The position numbers and the translations under genes are program-made. Positions 1-12,010 of a DNA stretch of 64,000 nt are shown one piece after another. This DNA is from Octopus bimaculoides (taxonomy: Eukaryota). Location: assembly GCF_001194135.2 (NCBI RefSeq), contig NC_068998.1, positions 53,522,831 through 53,586,830 of the forward strand. The letters are read 5' to 3'. Position 1 is the stretch's first letter; each line of letters begins with the position of its first letter. The notes below the pieces were generated by a model that worked only from the letters and a program-made list of their open reading frames with translations, did no database searches and had not been told where the DNA came from.

Positions 1-1499
1 TCAGCTGAAGAACCATTTTACGGTTCGTTCACCGCTTCACAGAGAATTATGTTTCCGTCCGCATCCGATGCTACTGCTCATCCGCTATAAAAATGCACCC
101 ATAAATTACACTAGCAATCAGGCGGATAAGCAACATTGCGCATTCATGTTTTGATCGTTCGCTATTAACTAAACAATTATCATTCTGTGCACAACACAGA
201 AAGTCTCACTGTGGAACTTATAAGAATTTAAACAATTTCTTCCTGTATTACTGATGAGAAACAAGACGAAGGAATGAGTTTATTCATTCAAATTTATTTC
301 ACTTCTGGTTTACGCTGTATTGTGCATAATACACACGTACACACACATGCACTTACGAACGTACCCATATATGTAGGCTTATACATGATTTAGACGGTGA
401 TAATTTCTTTAACCACGTAGCTTTTCAACAACCCCATAATGAATATTCATTTTCTTCAAATTTTACTCTTACATTTTAAAAAAGCCTGGTGTTTCGAACG
501 TCACGTAATTAATTTGTTTCTAATTCGTTGAAAAAGGAATATCTCATGCATCTGCATACCACATGAAACGCGTTTTCAGGAAAGCGTTACTTAATTGCAT
601 AAATCCATATTTGTGTGAGCTGCTACATGACAAGATGCATCTTGTTCTTTAACCTACGCAAAGCCACCGAAATTTACAAATCATCACATGTTTCACTAGA
701 ACTGTTAAGAATGTCAGGTAAATCCACATTAGATAATGAGACGTTCTAGAGAAAAGCGCACGTTTTTAGGGTTACTCGCATCTACTTAGTTCCTCATTAA
801 AAACTATCGTTTTCAAATGTAATCTTCTCTGAATATATATATGTGTGTGCGTTTGTTTGCATGTATGTGTGTGGGGGTATATATATACACATAGACAGAT
901 AAATAGATAGATAGATATTTGTTAAGTATATAATGATGTCTTTGATATTACAAAATGAACTTTTGCATTTAATTTGCTTAAATTTGTGACATTCAGTGAT
1001 GTTGCTATTTGTAAGTTGTTTCTTTTTCTATGGTAATTATAAATATTTTTACGTGATATAATATAACTCAGCATTAGCAAAACTAAAATTCTGTTTCTAC
1101 TGCACATATGTTATTTCGGTATACATCACATGAAAATCGTAACGACGAGGTGTTGTTTTCATGTTGCGGCAAATTGATTCAGTCTATTTCCAAGTATATA
1201 TCATGATATCTAACCAGTCAATGAAAATCTTATGACATCAATAATTGTTGTTTAGTAACCATGTAGATATTCTCCAGTATGTAAAATACAAACGGACAAA
1301 AATATAATTATCTTAACTCAATCTGTGAGGGAGATAACATTTTGGAAACCATATGGGAGAATAATTCTAGAAATATATTCTCCATAAAACAATGTTAAAA
1401 ATAATTGTATTTCTATTATATTATACATTACAGCAACATTCGTCCTAAACCAAGACTGCGATGTTATGTTGACAAACAATCTTTACTGTAATCTCAATC

Positions 1500-1666
1500 C
1501 ACTTCTATCTCATCTCTGTCTGTCTGTCTGTCTCCCTCCATCTCTCTCTCTCTATATATATATATATGTATATATATGTGTGTTTTTGTATGTGTGCGCG
1601 TGCGTGTCTGTGTAAACCTTACATACATATGTGTACGTGTGTGTATATATCATACATATGTGTATG

Positions 1667-1735
<69 letters not shown>
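1500..1735. repeat. Compound microsatellite (TCTG)n/(TC)n/(TA)n/(TG)n/(GA)n
   Basis: Directly visible; explains ORFs 1552..1749 and 1566..1835. Confidence 0.95.
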
Positions 1736-1737
<2 letters not shown>

Positions 1738-1799
1738 ACAGACAGACACAGATAGAGAGAGTAATAAAATATATAATTATAATTAATTATAATTGCAAT

Positions 1800-2130
1800 A
1801 GAGCGCACACGAAGCGCCTCCTAGCTAGAAAGTGAAGCTGAATCCTCAGGTAAACCACCGAATTACAGTAAAGGCGTTATGAATTTGCGCGGTAGAATTC
1901 AGAACACCGCGGATTTCAACGAGATGAGTTCGCTTGCTGAGGAGAGATAAGGCAGTAGCCAGAACTCGAAATCATGATCTAAGTATTATCCGATTCTTCA
2001 TTCTACAGCTTTGGTCTGACATGATTTTGATAATCTTTACTCATTTGCCCGATTTCTGTTGATCTCTTGTGTATTTCAGTAGAAATCATTGGTTTGCTCC
2101 AGGAGCAAGTAGGGGTCTCCTGTGCGCTCT
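1800..2130. mobile_element. Putative MITE with ~27-bp imperfect terminal inverted repeats
   Basis: AGAGCGCACA (1800-1809) and TGTGCGCTCT (2121-2130) are exact reverse complements; the match extends to 21/27. Interior is GC-richer than flanks. No TSD seen. Confidence 0.35.
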
Positions 2131-2749
2131 CTTTTAATTATGGTTGATTATAATTCTAAATTTTATTCTCTACCTATTTAACGCTATTATTACTTGCTAC
2201 CACCTATACTTTTGTTATTATATATGTTTGTATGTGTATATATATTGTATAAATATATACAGATGTATATGTATACGCACACACGTGTGTGCACGCGCGT
2301 GCGTGTGGGATGTTAGCAAACGTTTAAACGTAAATGTAAAATCGAAAAGTGAAGATCAGTCTCCCTTGAAATTAGAAATAGCGGCTTTGAGCATTTCGTA
2401 GGTGTCTCACTAATTGTTACGAATAACAAACATTAAAAGGATAATTATTCTACGTGTGCAGACATTGTCAACGTATGAAGATATAATGTATTAATGGAAT
2501 GGTGAGTTTTTGCCACTTGTATTTATTTATTACGTCAATTGTCATATCGTAATCCTCCCATGTAATTTTGTATTGTTTTTAGTAAGGTGTGAAAACTAAT
2601 TTCATCTAGTCGAAGTCTATTGTGAGATCTTATTATTGTTTCCTCACTTCGTCATTTTTCTTGAATCTTACAGTATTTGTGTAGAGGCATGTCTCTCTTG
2701 CACTCCCAGTTTTCTTGTCCACAGTCTCTGGTTCCTTGCCTGTGTGTAA

Positions 2750-2778
2750 TTCGTCTCTCTCTCTCTCTTTCTACTTCT

Positions 2779-2812
<34 letters not shown>

Positions 2813-2853
2813 CACACACATACGTATATATATATTTATATATATACACATAC

Positions 2854-2894
<41 letters not shown>

Positions 2895-2938
2895 CGTATA
2901 TATATATATATATAATATGCATACAAATATATATATAT
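2750..2938. repeat. Compound (TC)n/(TA)n microsatellite with three CACATACGTATATA units
   Basis: Directly visible. Confidence 0.95.
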
Positions 2939-3526
2939 AAGGATAACATTATTATTATAAGATAATAATAATAAACTATGCTGGAACATAGATGTAGCAT
3001 GCCCAGCTGACAAACGAGAAAAAGCCTTCGTTTTCGTTTGATATCAAGAAATATTTGCCATGCTAGTGTGGCCGATTTGCCGAAAGTTTGAAAGTGGCCA
3101 ATGATTTCTCGCCAATTGTACATCGGCTCCATTCGGCGAATAAAAAATAAAACTCATAATTTTGTCATGTACAACGACCAAAAGAAAATATTTGCAATTG
3201 AGAAAGCAATGCAAACAGTTTCTTTGATACAATCAGAAGATGGCCAGGAATGCGATAATATACATCTAACAATATTTTAGCTGCCATTTTGGGAATTTCG
3301 TCAGATTTAAGCATATTTTTTTTTTTTGTTATCTCTTTCAATTTTCGGCCTGCAAAAGATATAAGAACTGACACTTGTCTATATTTTTCTGAAGTTTGAC
3401 ACTTTTAGCGAAGGTCTATTATATGTATGTCGTGTGTACGTTTATTATGTGTACGTGGTGCGCGCTTCTGTGTGCCATTGTGTGCATGTATGTGTCTACG
3501 TGGGTATGTATATATATATATATATA

Positions 3527-3626
3527 NNNNNNNNNNNNNNNNNNNNNNNNNNNNNNNNNNNNNNNNNNNNNNNNNNNNNNNNNNNNNNNNNNNNNNNNNN
3601 NNNNNNNNNNNNNNNNNNNNNNNNNN
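3527..3626. other. Assembly gap (100 N)
   Basis: N run after (TA)n. Confidence 1.
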
Positions 3627-3689
3627 CTACGCTACGTAAACTGAATACATACCAGTTGTATACTGGTGTCCATACATCTATTGCTTTCC

Positions 3690-4450
3690 CCTTCAGCTCT
3701 ACGTAGTCTGTTATGTGTAATGTGCAGCAATTATTTTACAGTCTCTCCACTTTGATTGGAATCGCCAAGTTGTTTCTCGCTGCGTACTTGAAACCAGAAA
3801 CCAATAGTATACGGGTTTGGAACTTCACTTATGCAACGACTTTAATAATGGATCTTGAAGCCATAAAGTAGCTGTTACTTAACCAAGAATTTTAACTAAA
3901 AGCAATCTACAAACTGATGGTCCGTTTGAAATATAATCCATTAAAAGTAAAGTAGTAATTGTCATAAATTGAACCGTTTCCTTTGGGGACATTTTTGGAA
4001 TTACAGCTGGATTGCTGTAAATATCTGGCTTTTTATCGTCCTTTTCCAAACACAATTTAATTTAGCATCCAGTAGATTAGCCAAACATTGGATTAGGTTA
4101 CCACATCGATAGCGTCTTCATACACACTGCTAAACCGTCAAGACAAGGATTGTTCGGGCAGTCAATGTAAATGCACTCAAACAATCTTTAACTAAGCAGA
4201 TTAAAACTAACGACATTGTCAGTGACTGTCGCCTCAGCGAGAGTAATGTTATATCAGCGTGGTAATGAGTTGGGGAGCTTTTCCTCAGATTTGCTATTGA
4301 TTGATAACATTTTCTGCGAAACTTCATTATAAAACAGTTCCACTTTACAGTTGTACAAGTGTAAAACAAAAATGTTTGCACAAAGCTATTTAGTTAGCCG
4401 TTGAAAAATCTCTAATTGAAGATGACATTCCAGTCTGTATATGGTGTTAT
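3690..4450 (-). mobile_element. Decayed Penelope-like reverse transcriptase remnant
   Basis: Minus-strand translation across stops and frameshifts gives, in the expected order, TILVLTV*/SVYEDAIDVV (cf. ILVSFDV.SLYTNIP.EEAIDV), IYDNYYFTFNGLYFKRT (cf. NYF.FNG.YYKQ), MASRSIIKVVA (cf. MGSPLSPVLAN) and FKYAARNNLAI (cf. RYVDD.FAI). Confidence 0.55.
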
Positions 4451-7269
4451 TTGGCATCTGAAATCAACTAAAACCATCTAAAGTTTTCAGTATTCAATAA
4501 TGGATGTCTTGTTAATTGTAAAAGCTAACAATTAACACTTAAAGTTTTTTTTTCTTTATTGGCAAAATGTCAATTTTGTATTGTTTTACTTTATTCGTTT
4601 CCTGTTTTCTTTAAATACAAAATTGTCATTGTCTTTTTTAAAATATTGAAATGTATTTGGTTAAGTGAGTAGACAGTTGTGTGGGTTTTTTTAAATGCAA
4701 GACCACTTGCTAGTTGTTTAAGGTGTTCACGCGGTTATGTTTAATATATATTTCATAATTCTTAAATGTATCTCTTGAGATTTTCTATAGAGCTCTGAGT
4801 TAGTACTGCATGTTCCGACGTTTCGTTTACGAATTTGATAAAAATGAAAACATCATAGTACAAACGAAAGGCAAGGAACACTAACCGCTTGTAAACCTTT
4901 AATATATATGGTCATCTATTATTGCTGCCTATTCGTATTTTATAACATACGATTAAATAAATGTAAATATTCTAATCGTCATATTCTGTAAATAAGTTAC
5001 CAGTTGCGTTTCTGGAATTACTTCTGCAAGACTTCATTAATATTACAGAGTACTCGAACCACTGATAGCTTTACATTAGAAGCTCATTAATATCATAGGC
5101 TTTTTTGATAACCAATATTCAGACGATGACAGGGGAGATAATTTTAAGAGAACATTAGATTTGTTACGAGAATAGAAGGATAAAAACATCATTGAATCAT
5201 GCGTACATAATGACATCATTCGAACAATTTGTTGGAGGTAGAATAAATTCTGTCAACTATACTGGAAAACAAAAACATCTCCCACGACAGGTAAAGTTAA
5301 TATAATTTACGCAATAGTTTATCTCCAAAATAAACATATTCACTCTTCAGTATTTTTAATGTTTCAGTGGTTCAAACTTTTCAGCCTATTTGCTGCGTGG
5401 CGGGAGTGAGATGTGTAGCGATTGAATGTATTAGTGAGGGGAGGTGAGAAACCACTGATTATGCAAAGGTAGACTGTTTTCATATCGAATCAGATATGTG
5501 ATCAGCCACAATACTTTGCAATACGTTTCTAAAAATAGATATAATTTTAAATAATCTAGTTTTGCAATGATATAGCAGATCTGTATCGCTGTTTACATAT
5601 TTCTCTCCATAGATCAGGCTTAGGAAAAATACTATTAAATTGCAACTTTTTAGATATAGTCATTTAATAGATTATATCATCGATCTCGACTGCAGTGCAT
5701 TGATTTATATTACTTCGGGAATACATCGTTTAGATAAGAGAGCACGAATTAAAATGATTAAAGTTTAAGGAATATAGATAAGTATGTCTGTTTTAGTAAG
5801 TTTATTGTAGCTTGGCAGTTTATGCGCGTGTGTGTATTGGCTGTCACAAGCATATACATATAGAAATGCAAGCACAAACGCACTCACACACACACACACA
5901 CACACGTCTGTGAGTGTATACATAAACGCAAACATGTTTATACAAAAACGCATATATATATATATATATATATATAATATCTGTAAATATAATATGTGAC
6001 AATTATTCGGTAGCCATGATAAAACTCCTATTTTCGGATGTCAGGGCGGAAACCTACGCCGCTATCTCTTCAGTTATCGGGCCATCGAAAAAAATGCTAT
6101 GAAAATGACAGTTAAACAAAGGAAAATTACTGTGTCACTGATCGTTAAGACAAAAAGAGTTATTAGAATGAGCGCTAAGTAAGGGGAGGGAGTAAATGTA
6201 AGGGAGTAAAAGTGTTAATAGTAATCGCGTGAGCGCGCATGTCCATACATACATGCGCGACCGCTCGTCCACGTACATGCGCCTATGTGTATATACTCAT
6301 CCATCGTCACATGAAACGTTTATTATGGCTGGAAGAATACAATAAAACTTATAAAGTTAGAATGAGCAAATGGGATAGCATATATTGAGACATTTAAAGT
6401 GATTTTATCGATAGACATTTAAAAAGAAACGCAGCATCATCTTAGTTTGTCTACATGAAAGAAAAAAACCCACGAAAGAATAAAGGGTACGCTAATACAG
6501 ACACATGCACGCACAAACACACACACACATACATACAGATGCAGATATTCACAAACATATATATGTATATGGCATTTTTAAGGCAGCACATAAATGTTTA
6601 TGTATGTATAGATCTATATGTAAGTATATATATATATGTGTGTTTATAGGTATGTATATATAGAGGGATGTGCGCATGTGTGTGTAATGTATTTGCATTT
6701 ATTTCTTAGACATATATTTATGATATTCGACGAAGTGATTCATTTTAGTTATTTGTAAAGTCAGCTTCTATTTCGTTTCGTCTTTAAATGTTTAATTGAA
6801 ATGTCAGATAATAGAATACAATCTCTGCATCATGTTGAACTTTCAATTATCTCTGATTTTACACAAAAACGTTAAAGAAAAAAATTTAAACTAAACTCGA
6901 ACAATACATAAGAGTATAGACATCTAAGTTCGTTTTCTTTCCCTGAAATGTGTGAAGGAAACCTTCGGAAGGTTCTGAAATACTTAATAATATTGATGCT
7001 TTATCTAAGACGATATGATTTTAAGAATTGGAATTTATTGTTATTCGTTTACAAGTACGTAATAACAATCATATACAAACATACAAAACCGAGAAATAAT
7101 GGCAGTTGTGTGATTCGTATGGATGTACAGACAAAAGAAAAGCATCAATTTATTTGAAATTTCTATAAACCTACATTTTCCTCTATTTCAAAATTAAGTT
7201 TAACCTTCTTAAAATATAGTAGACACATATGTATTTACTGTGCAATAGATATCTACAATGTAGCTAATA

Positions 7270-7475
7270 TTTCGAAAGGCAAAATAGTTAGAATGCCGGA
7301 TAAAATGCTTATCCGAGTTTTGTCCGTCTTTACTTTCTGAGTTCAAATTGGACTGAGATCTACGTTCCCTTCTACCCTTTCGGATCGATAAAATAAGTAC
7401 GGGTTGCGAATGGTGATTTAACCGACTTACCCCTCTCCCGAAATTGCCCTTGTTCCAACAAATTCCAAACTAATA
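7270..7475 (+). mobile_element. SINE family A, diverged copy
   Basis: ttctgagttcaaatt B-box, ccctttcggatcgataaaataagtac core, and tail similar to other copies. Confidence 0.75.
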
Positions 7476-7486
7476 TAAGAGATACA

Positions 7487-7700
7487 AGGGCGGCGAGCTG
7501 GCAGAAAGGTTAGCAGGCCGGGTGAAATGCTGAGCGGTATTTCGTCTGCAACTACGTTCTGAGTTCATACTCGGCCGAGGTCGACTCTGCCATTCGGGGT
7601 CGAGTAAATAAGTACCAGTTACGCACTGGGGTTGATGTAATCGAATTAAACCATTTGTCTGTCCCTGTTTGTCTCCCTGTGTGCAATAAATAAATAAATA
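7487..7700 (+). mobile_element. SINE family A (tRNA-derived)
   Basis: ggcggcgagctggcagaaaggttagca head, gagttcatactcggccgaggtcgac, ggggtcgagtaaataagtaccagtt core. Confidence 0.9.
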
Positions 7701-7757
7701 AATATTAGAGCCATTCAGAAGAGAGGTCAGAAGAGAGGATGTTATATCCTAACTTAC

Positions 7758-7918
7758 ACTGAAAACATTAGCGGGCTTTTCTGGGTGCATTCGGCTCGAA
7801 AACAAACAAACGCGGGTAAACAGAAACATAGAATGGCAAACTCGACTGGTATACGAGTGAGAACGCTGTTTCCCATGTTTCCCATTTCCATTTCAATTCT
7901 ATGGTCTTCTATGTACAT
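7758..7918 (-). CDS. Candidate first coding exon with signal-peptide-like segment (unverified)
   Basis: MYIEDHRIEMEMGNMGNSVLTRIPVEFAILCFCLPAFVCFRAECTQKSPLMFS followed by GT|GTAAGT donor at 7757; in-frame stop upstream; possible acceptor TTTTCCAG at 7931. No homology recognised. Confidence 0.3.
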
Positions 7919-8384
7919 GTATTACTTGTTCTGGAAAATGACGTTTCAATCCTACGCATACAGATTTCTTCAACACAAACGCTCCAGGGCGCCATAGCTC
8001 AGGTTCTCTACGCAGGTCAATGAATGAGCTCGGTGTCATGTATGTTTAGAGTTTATTAGTTATAATTTCAACGAATGTAAACAAATGTGTATTTGTGTTA
8101 TAATGCTTCATGGTTTCCTGCTCCCAAACGTCTGATGTTTATCGCATCCGACTTGTGATACACAATTCTGATGTTATCTTATATTTGGTAAGATATGCTA
8201 CATAAAATCTGAAATATATAATGCATATATTTTTATATTCTCATATCTTCTATTATGATTTGATTTGTGGTTGATGGGCTGCAGAGGAGATAACTGCATC
8301 GTGCTATTTAAAATATGAATGTATAATCTGTATTGTCTTATCAGTACCGGTTTTTCAGGACAATAATGAATGATGATTGTAACT

Positions 8385-8520
8385 TGAAGGTGATGGCGAT
8401 GATGATGATGATGATGATGATGTCGAAGAGGGCGATCATAATAATGCTGATGACGATGGTGATGATGATGTTGAAGAGGGCGATTATAATGATAATGATG
8501 GTGATGGTGATGATGATATG
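8385..8520 (+). repeat. Degenerate (GAT)n tract with 48-bp internal duplication
   Basis: GTCGAAGAGGGCGAT at 8422 and GTTGAAGAGGGCGAT at 8470. Confidence 0.85.
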
Positions 8521-8920
8521 CTTCTCGAGATTTCATCCACTGCTTGATTGTTGTGAATGAAACTTGATTCAATAAATGTCTTATGTATTCTTCATCCCCA
8601 ATATTCTTATAAGTCACCAACAAATCAACAGAATTTTTATTATCATGAGCATCGCCTGCATCATCATAATCTGCGTCACAAGCAACATCATTGCCCAGCT
8701 CTTCAGCATCTTAATCGTCTTCTCGTGCTGACAATATTAAACCGAGTCTGCGACATTAACATCGCTGCGTCTCTTCAAAAACTCAGACGGTGATAATTTA
8801 TTATTTATTTACTTTACGTTTATTTATCGATATGCCTGAATTACTTCACTTCTCTTGGACACTCGCATTATAAAGTCTGGATAAATATCCAGACAAATTA
8901 CCCAATCACTTCTTACCTAT

Positions 8921-8985
8921 CTCTCTATCAACCCAATCTCTCTATCAACCCAATCTCTCTCTCTCTTTAAATATACACGCGTACG

Positions 8986-9027
<42 letters not shown>

Positions 9028-9160
9028 CATACATATATGTGTGCATATTTGGATCTATATACGTATTTGTTATATATATATATATATATATATGTATGTA
9101 CACACGCATATACAAATATATACCTACCTACATACCTACAAACACGCTCACACACATATA
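8921..9160. repeat. 17-bp tandem duplication (CTCTCTATCAACCCAAT x2) followed by (TC)/(TA)/(CA) microsatellite
   Basis: Units at 8921-8937 and 8938-8954; simple repeats follow. Confidence 0.9.
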
Positions 9161-9984
9161 TATCCATTCCTGTTGATCTCTTTATCTACCATTCTTTCTC
9201 TTTCACATTTTTTTTCACCCGGTCGTTACCGCTAATATCATCATTATATCTCGTCTATATTATGTTTTCGACAGCGCTAGACGGATGTTCCAATCTTAAA
9301 GCAGCGTATTAATTTCAAAGAAATATCAAAACTGTCCAATAAAACTGATTAAAGCAATATAGTGAAGATCAAAGACTTCTGTTTTTTTTTTCTTTATTGT
9401 CCTCATAGATAACCCTACTCTCTCATCTAATTCTTTTCGTTGTATTGTAACCTGTACACTCAGACCTCACAAAGAAACAAGGCATCGATTATGTAAATGT
9501 GAACGAAGTGTAGCGTTAAATTTTCTTTTTCTTTTGTATTTATTTTCTGTGTATCGTAACCTCTCACAGCTTTATAAGTCTCATTATGAAAGTCTTGTCA
9601 CCATTCAATTGAAATTCGTGAGTAAGAAAAGAAAGACGCGATGGAGAGGAGGGCGGTTCATTTTCGGTTTGCTTGAGAACATTTTGCCCGGGAACGTTCG
9701 CTGTGGTGAAATGCTGTGTTCTGTAGAGTACAGTACGCTCAGAATCTAATCTGATATGACCAGGGAAGCTGCAGAGAGGAGGGGTGTATGGAGAGAAAGG
9801 AAAGAAAGCGGCTCACTTTTTTCTGACTTTGGTATTATGTGCAGATGCCAGGCCAAAAGTGGCTTAATATAAGACTCCCTCAAGACCCACAAAGTATAAA
9901 GATGACACTTTGGTCAATATCAGAGATATGAAGTTTCATGTTCTGATAACAGAAATGCTTATTGTTTCTAGCTTTCTGCATATA

Positions 9985-10051
9985 CATGTATGTATACGTG
10001 TGTGTGTGTGTGTATGTGTGTGTGTGTATATATATAGATATGTGTGTGTGC

Positions 10052-10118
<67 letters not shown>

Positions 10119-10126
10119 TGTGTGTA

Positions 10127-10187
<61 letters not shown>

Positions 10188-10200
10188 ACATACACATATT
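9985..10200. repeat. Compound (TG)n/(TA)n microsatellite
   Basis: Directly visible; source of six spurious ORFs. Confidence 0.95.
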
Positions 10201-11080
10201 TATTAACAGACACCATCATCAAATATTTGTTATGCGAATATAGTCATCTGCTCCACCATATGCATGCATCTCCTCTTCCTCCTCATCCTGCTCCGCTTCT
10301 TCATCCTCATCATCATCACAGCTTGGATTTTAACCCTGTCTAAGTAAGATATATATATGCTCACATACGGGAATATTTATGTAAAGATATGTATGTGTGT
10401 GCCTCTGTGTGTGCGTGGTTTTAGTAGGGACCTAGTTTATCAAGCTATCGAAGATCTTGTTTGCCAGTCTGTGTGTGTCTGTGATTGTATTAAATTCGTC
10501 TGCTTCTCAGTCTAAATCGGAAGCCAACAATCTTTCTCATGTATTGTGTCAACATCAGCAACCTTTACAAAGCAGACATGTCAAACGTTGATTAATCCAC
10601 TTTACAATACCTATTCTTACCTATCACCGAACACTTTCATAACTATTTTATTTATTTTTCTTTCGTTATTATTCATCGCAATATTTTGTTTTTTCCTTAA
10701 TATTCTCTTTTCCTTTAGCTTTCTCCATATCATTTAACTCTTTTGATTATTTCAGAAATGTAATGTCAGTTTTAGTTATATATTCTATGCAATATTTACC
10801 ATTGAACAATATAGATTATTATCGTTCTCTGACAGCTCCACATCGTGTTACACTGAACTGGAATCCACGATGTCAGTATAAGTATTACCAAAATCTACTA
10901 CTGCCTGAACTTGTTGGAGAGAAAATTATCAAGAAGAAAGTAACAAGAAAAAAATATCGAATGCTGAAGAACGTATTGATTACGTAATCCCAGGAAAGAA
11001 TTCATTTTCAGCAATTATAAAGACACATTTTTCATACAAGATAGACGATTTTATATTAAACCAATATTAGGATTTTAATT

Positions 11081-11289
11081 GAGGCTGCCAACTGACGGAA
11101 CCCTTAGCACGTCGAGCAAATTGTTCAGCGAAATTTCTTCCGACTTAACGTCTAGAGTTCAAATGCCACCGAGGTCGACTTTGCATTTCATACTTTTGAG
11201 GTAGGTAACAGTTGAAAACTGGGGGGGTCGATGTAATCGACTTACGTCATCACCGGAATCTGCTGGTCTTGCAACAAAATTGGAAGCCA
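11081..11289 (+). mobile_element. SINE family A with 15-bp TSD
   Basis: Head, B-box (gagttcaaat) and core present; flanked by ATTAGGATTTTAATT (11066-11080) and ATTAGGATTCTAATT (11290-11304). Confidence 0.85.
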
Positions 11290-11304
11290 ATTAGGATTCT
11301 AATT

Positions 11305-11481
11305 AAGGGGTTTGGCTGGAAGAATCGTTTAGCACCCCGGGCAAAATGCTTAGCGGCATTTCTTTGTTCAAATGACACTGAGGTTCACCTTGCCTTTCAG
11401 CCTTTCGGGGTCGATAAAATAAGATGATCACTGGGGTACATGGATTTAACCCCTGCTGCCCCTATGCCAATTGTTGAAACC
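11305..11481 (+). mobile_element. SINE family A, internally deleted copy in tandem with the previous one
   Basis: agaatcgtttagcaccccgggcaaaatgcttagcggcatttc head; ccttgcctttcagcctttcggggtcgataaaataag core; gaaaccaat tail. Confidence 0.85.
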
Positions 11482-11499
11482 AATATTATGATTTTCAAT

Positions 11500-12010
11500 A
11501 TTTGAAGATATTGACACAAGTGTTAAGAGCTCATGTAAAGATTTGAAACAGAAAAAGTTGAATGAGAAATGGAGATGAAGTTCGGAGTGACGAAAAGAAG
11601 ATTAAGAGAGGTTAAAGACGGATTACGACTAAAAGAAAAGAGGACAATATGCAAGAAAGAACGACAACTTTCCGGTGTAAAGCAGGAATATAAGAGAAGG
11701 TAAGGAATTGGTAAAAACGAAATAGAGGATAGAATGAAATAAGTAATAGATTAAACTTTTAGTCTGAAGAGATTATTTGTAGACTGAAATGAAAGAAGAA
11801 GCAACAATTGTAGAAACTATAGGTGTTAATTATCAAATTAATCATAGAGCTATTATAGAAAGAAGGTTAAAGAGATATAAAGAAGAAATAACAGGATTGC
11901 AGATTTTGAATATTTCTTACTGCAAATCTCACCGATTCTCCACAGAGCAAAGGTGCTTCATAAGGAATATCCTAATATCGCAACTGAATAGTTTTCTTCA
12001 AGAATAATGA
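11500..12010 (+). mobile_element. Decayed R4/Dong-like (RLE-clade) LINE RT remnant
   Basis: EMKFGVTK (cf. I.M.FG..KC) followed by IVETIGVNYQINHRAIIERRLKRY (cf. YKYLGI.E...I.H...KEKI.KEY); many stops. Confidence 0.4.

Noticed and set aside
8198-8623. Histidine-rich beak-protein-like gene
   Set aside because: No signal peptide or Gly-His repeats; the His runs come from a (CAT)n tract.
9880-10343. Many YI/HT/CV/RE/SL-repeat ORFs throughout the window
   Set aside because: They are translations of dinucleotide microsatellites, which lack stop codons.
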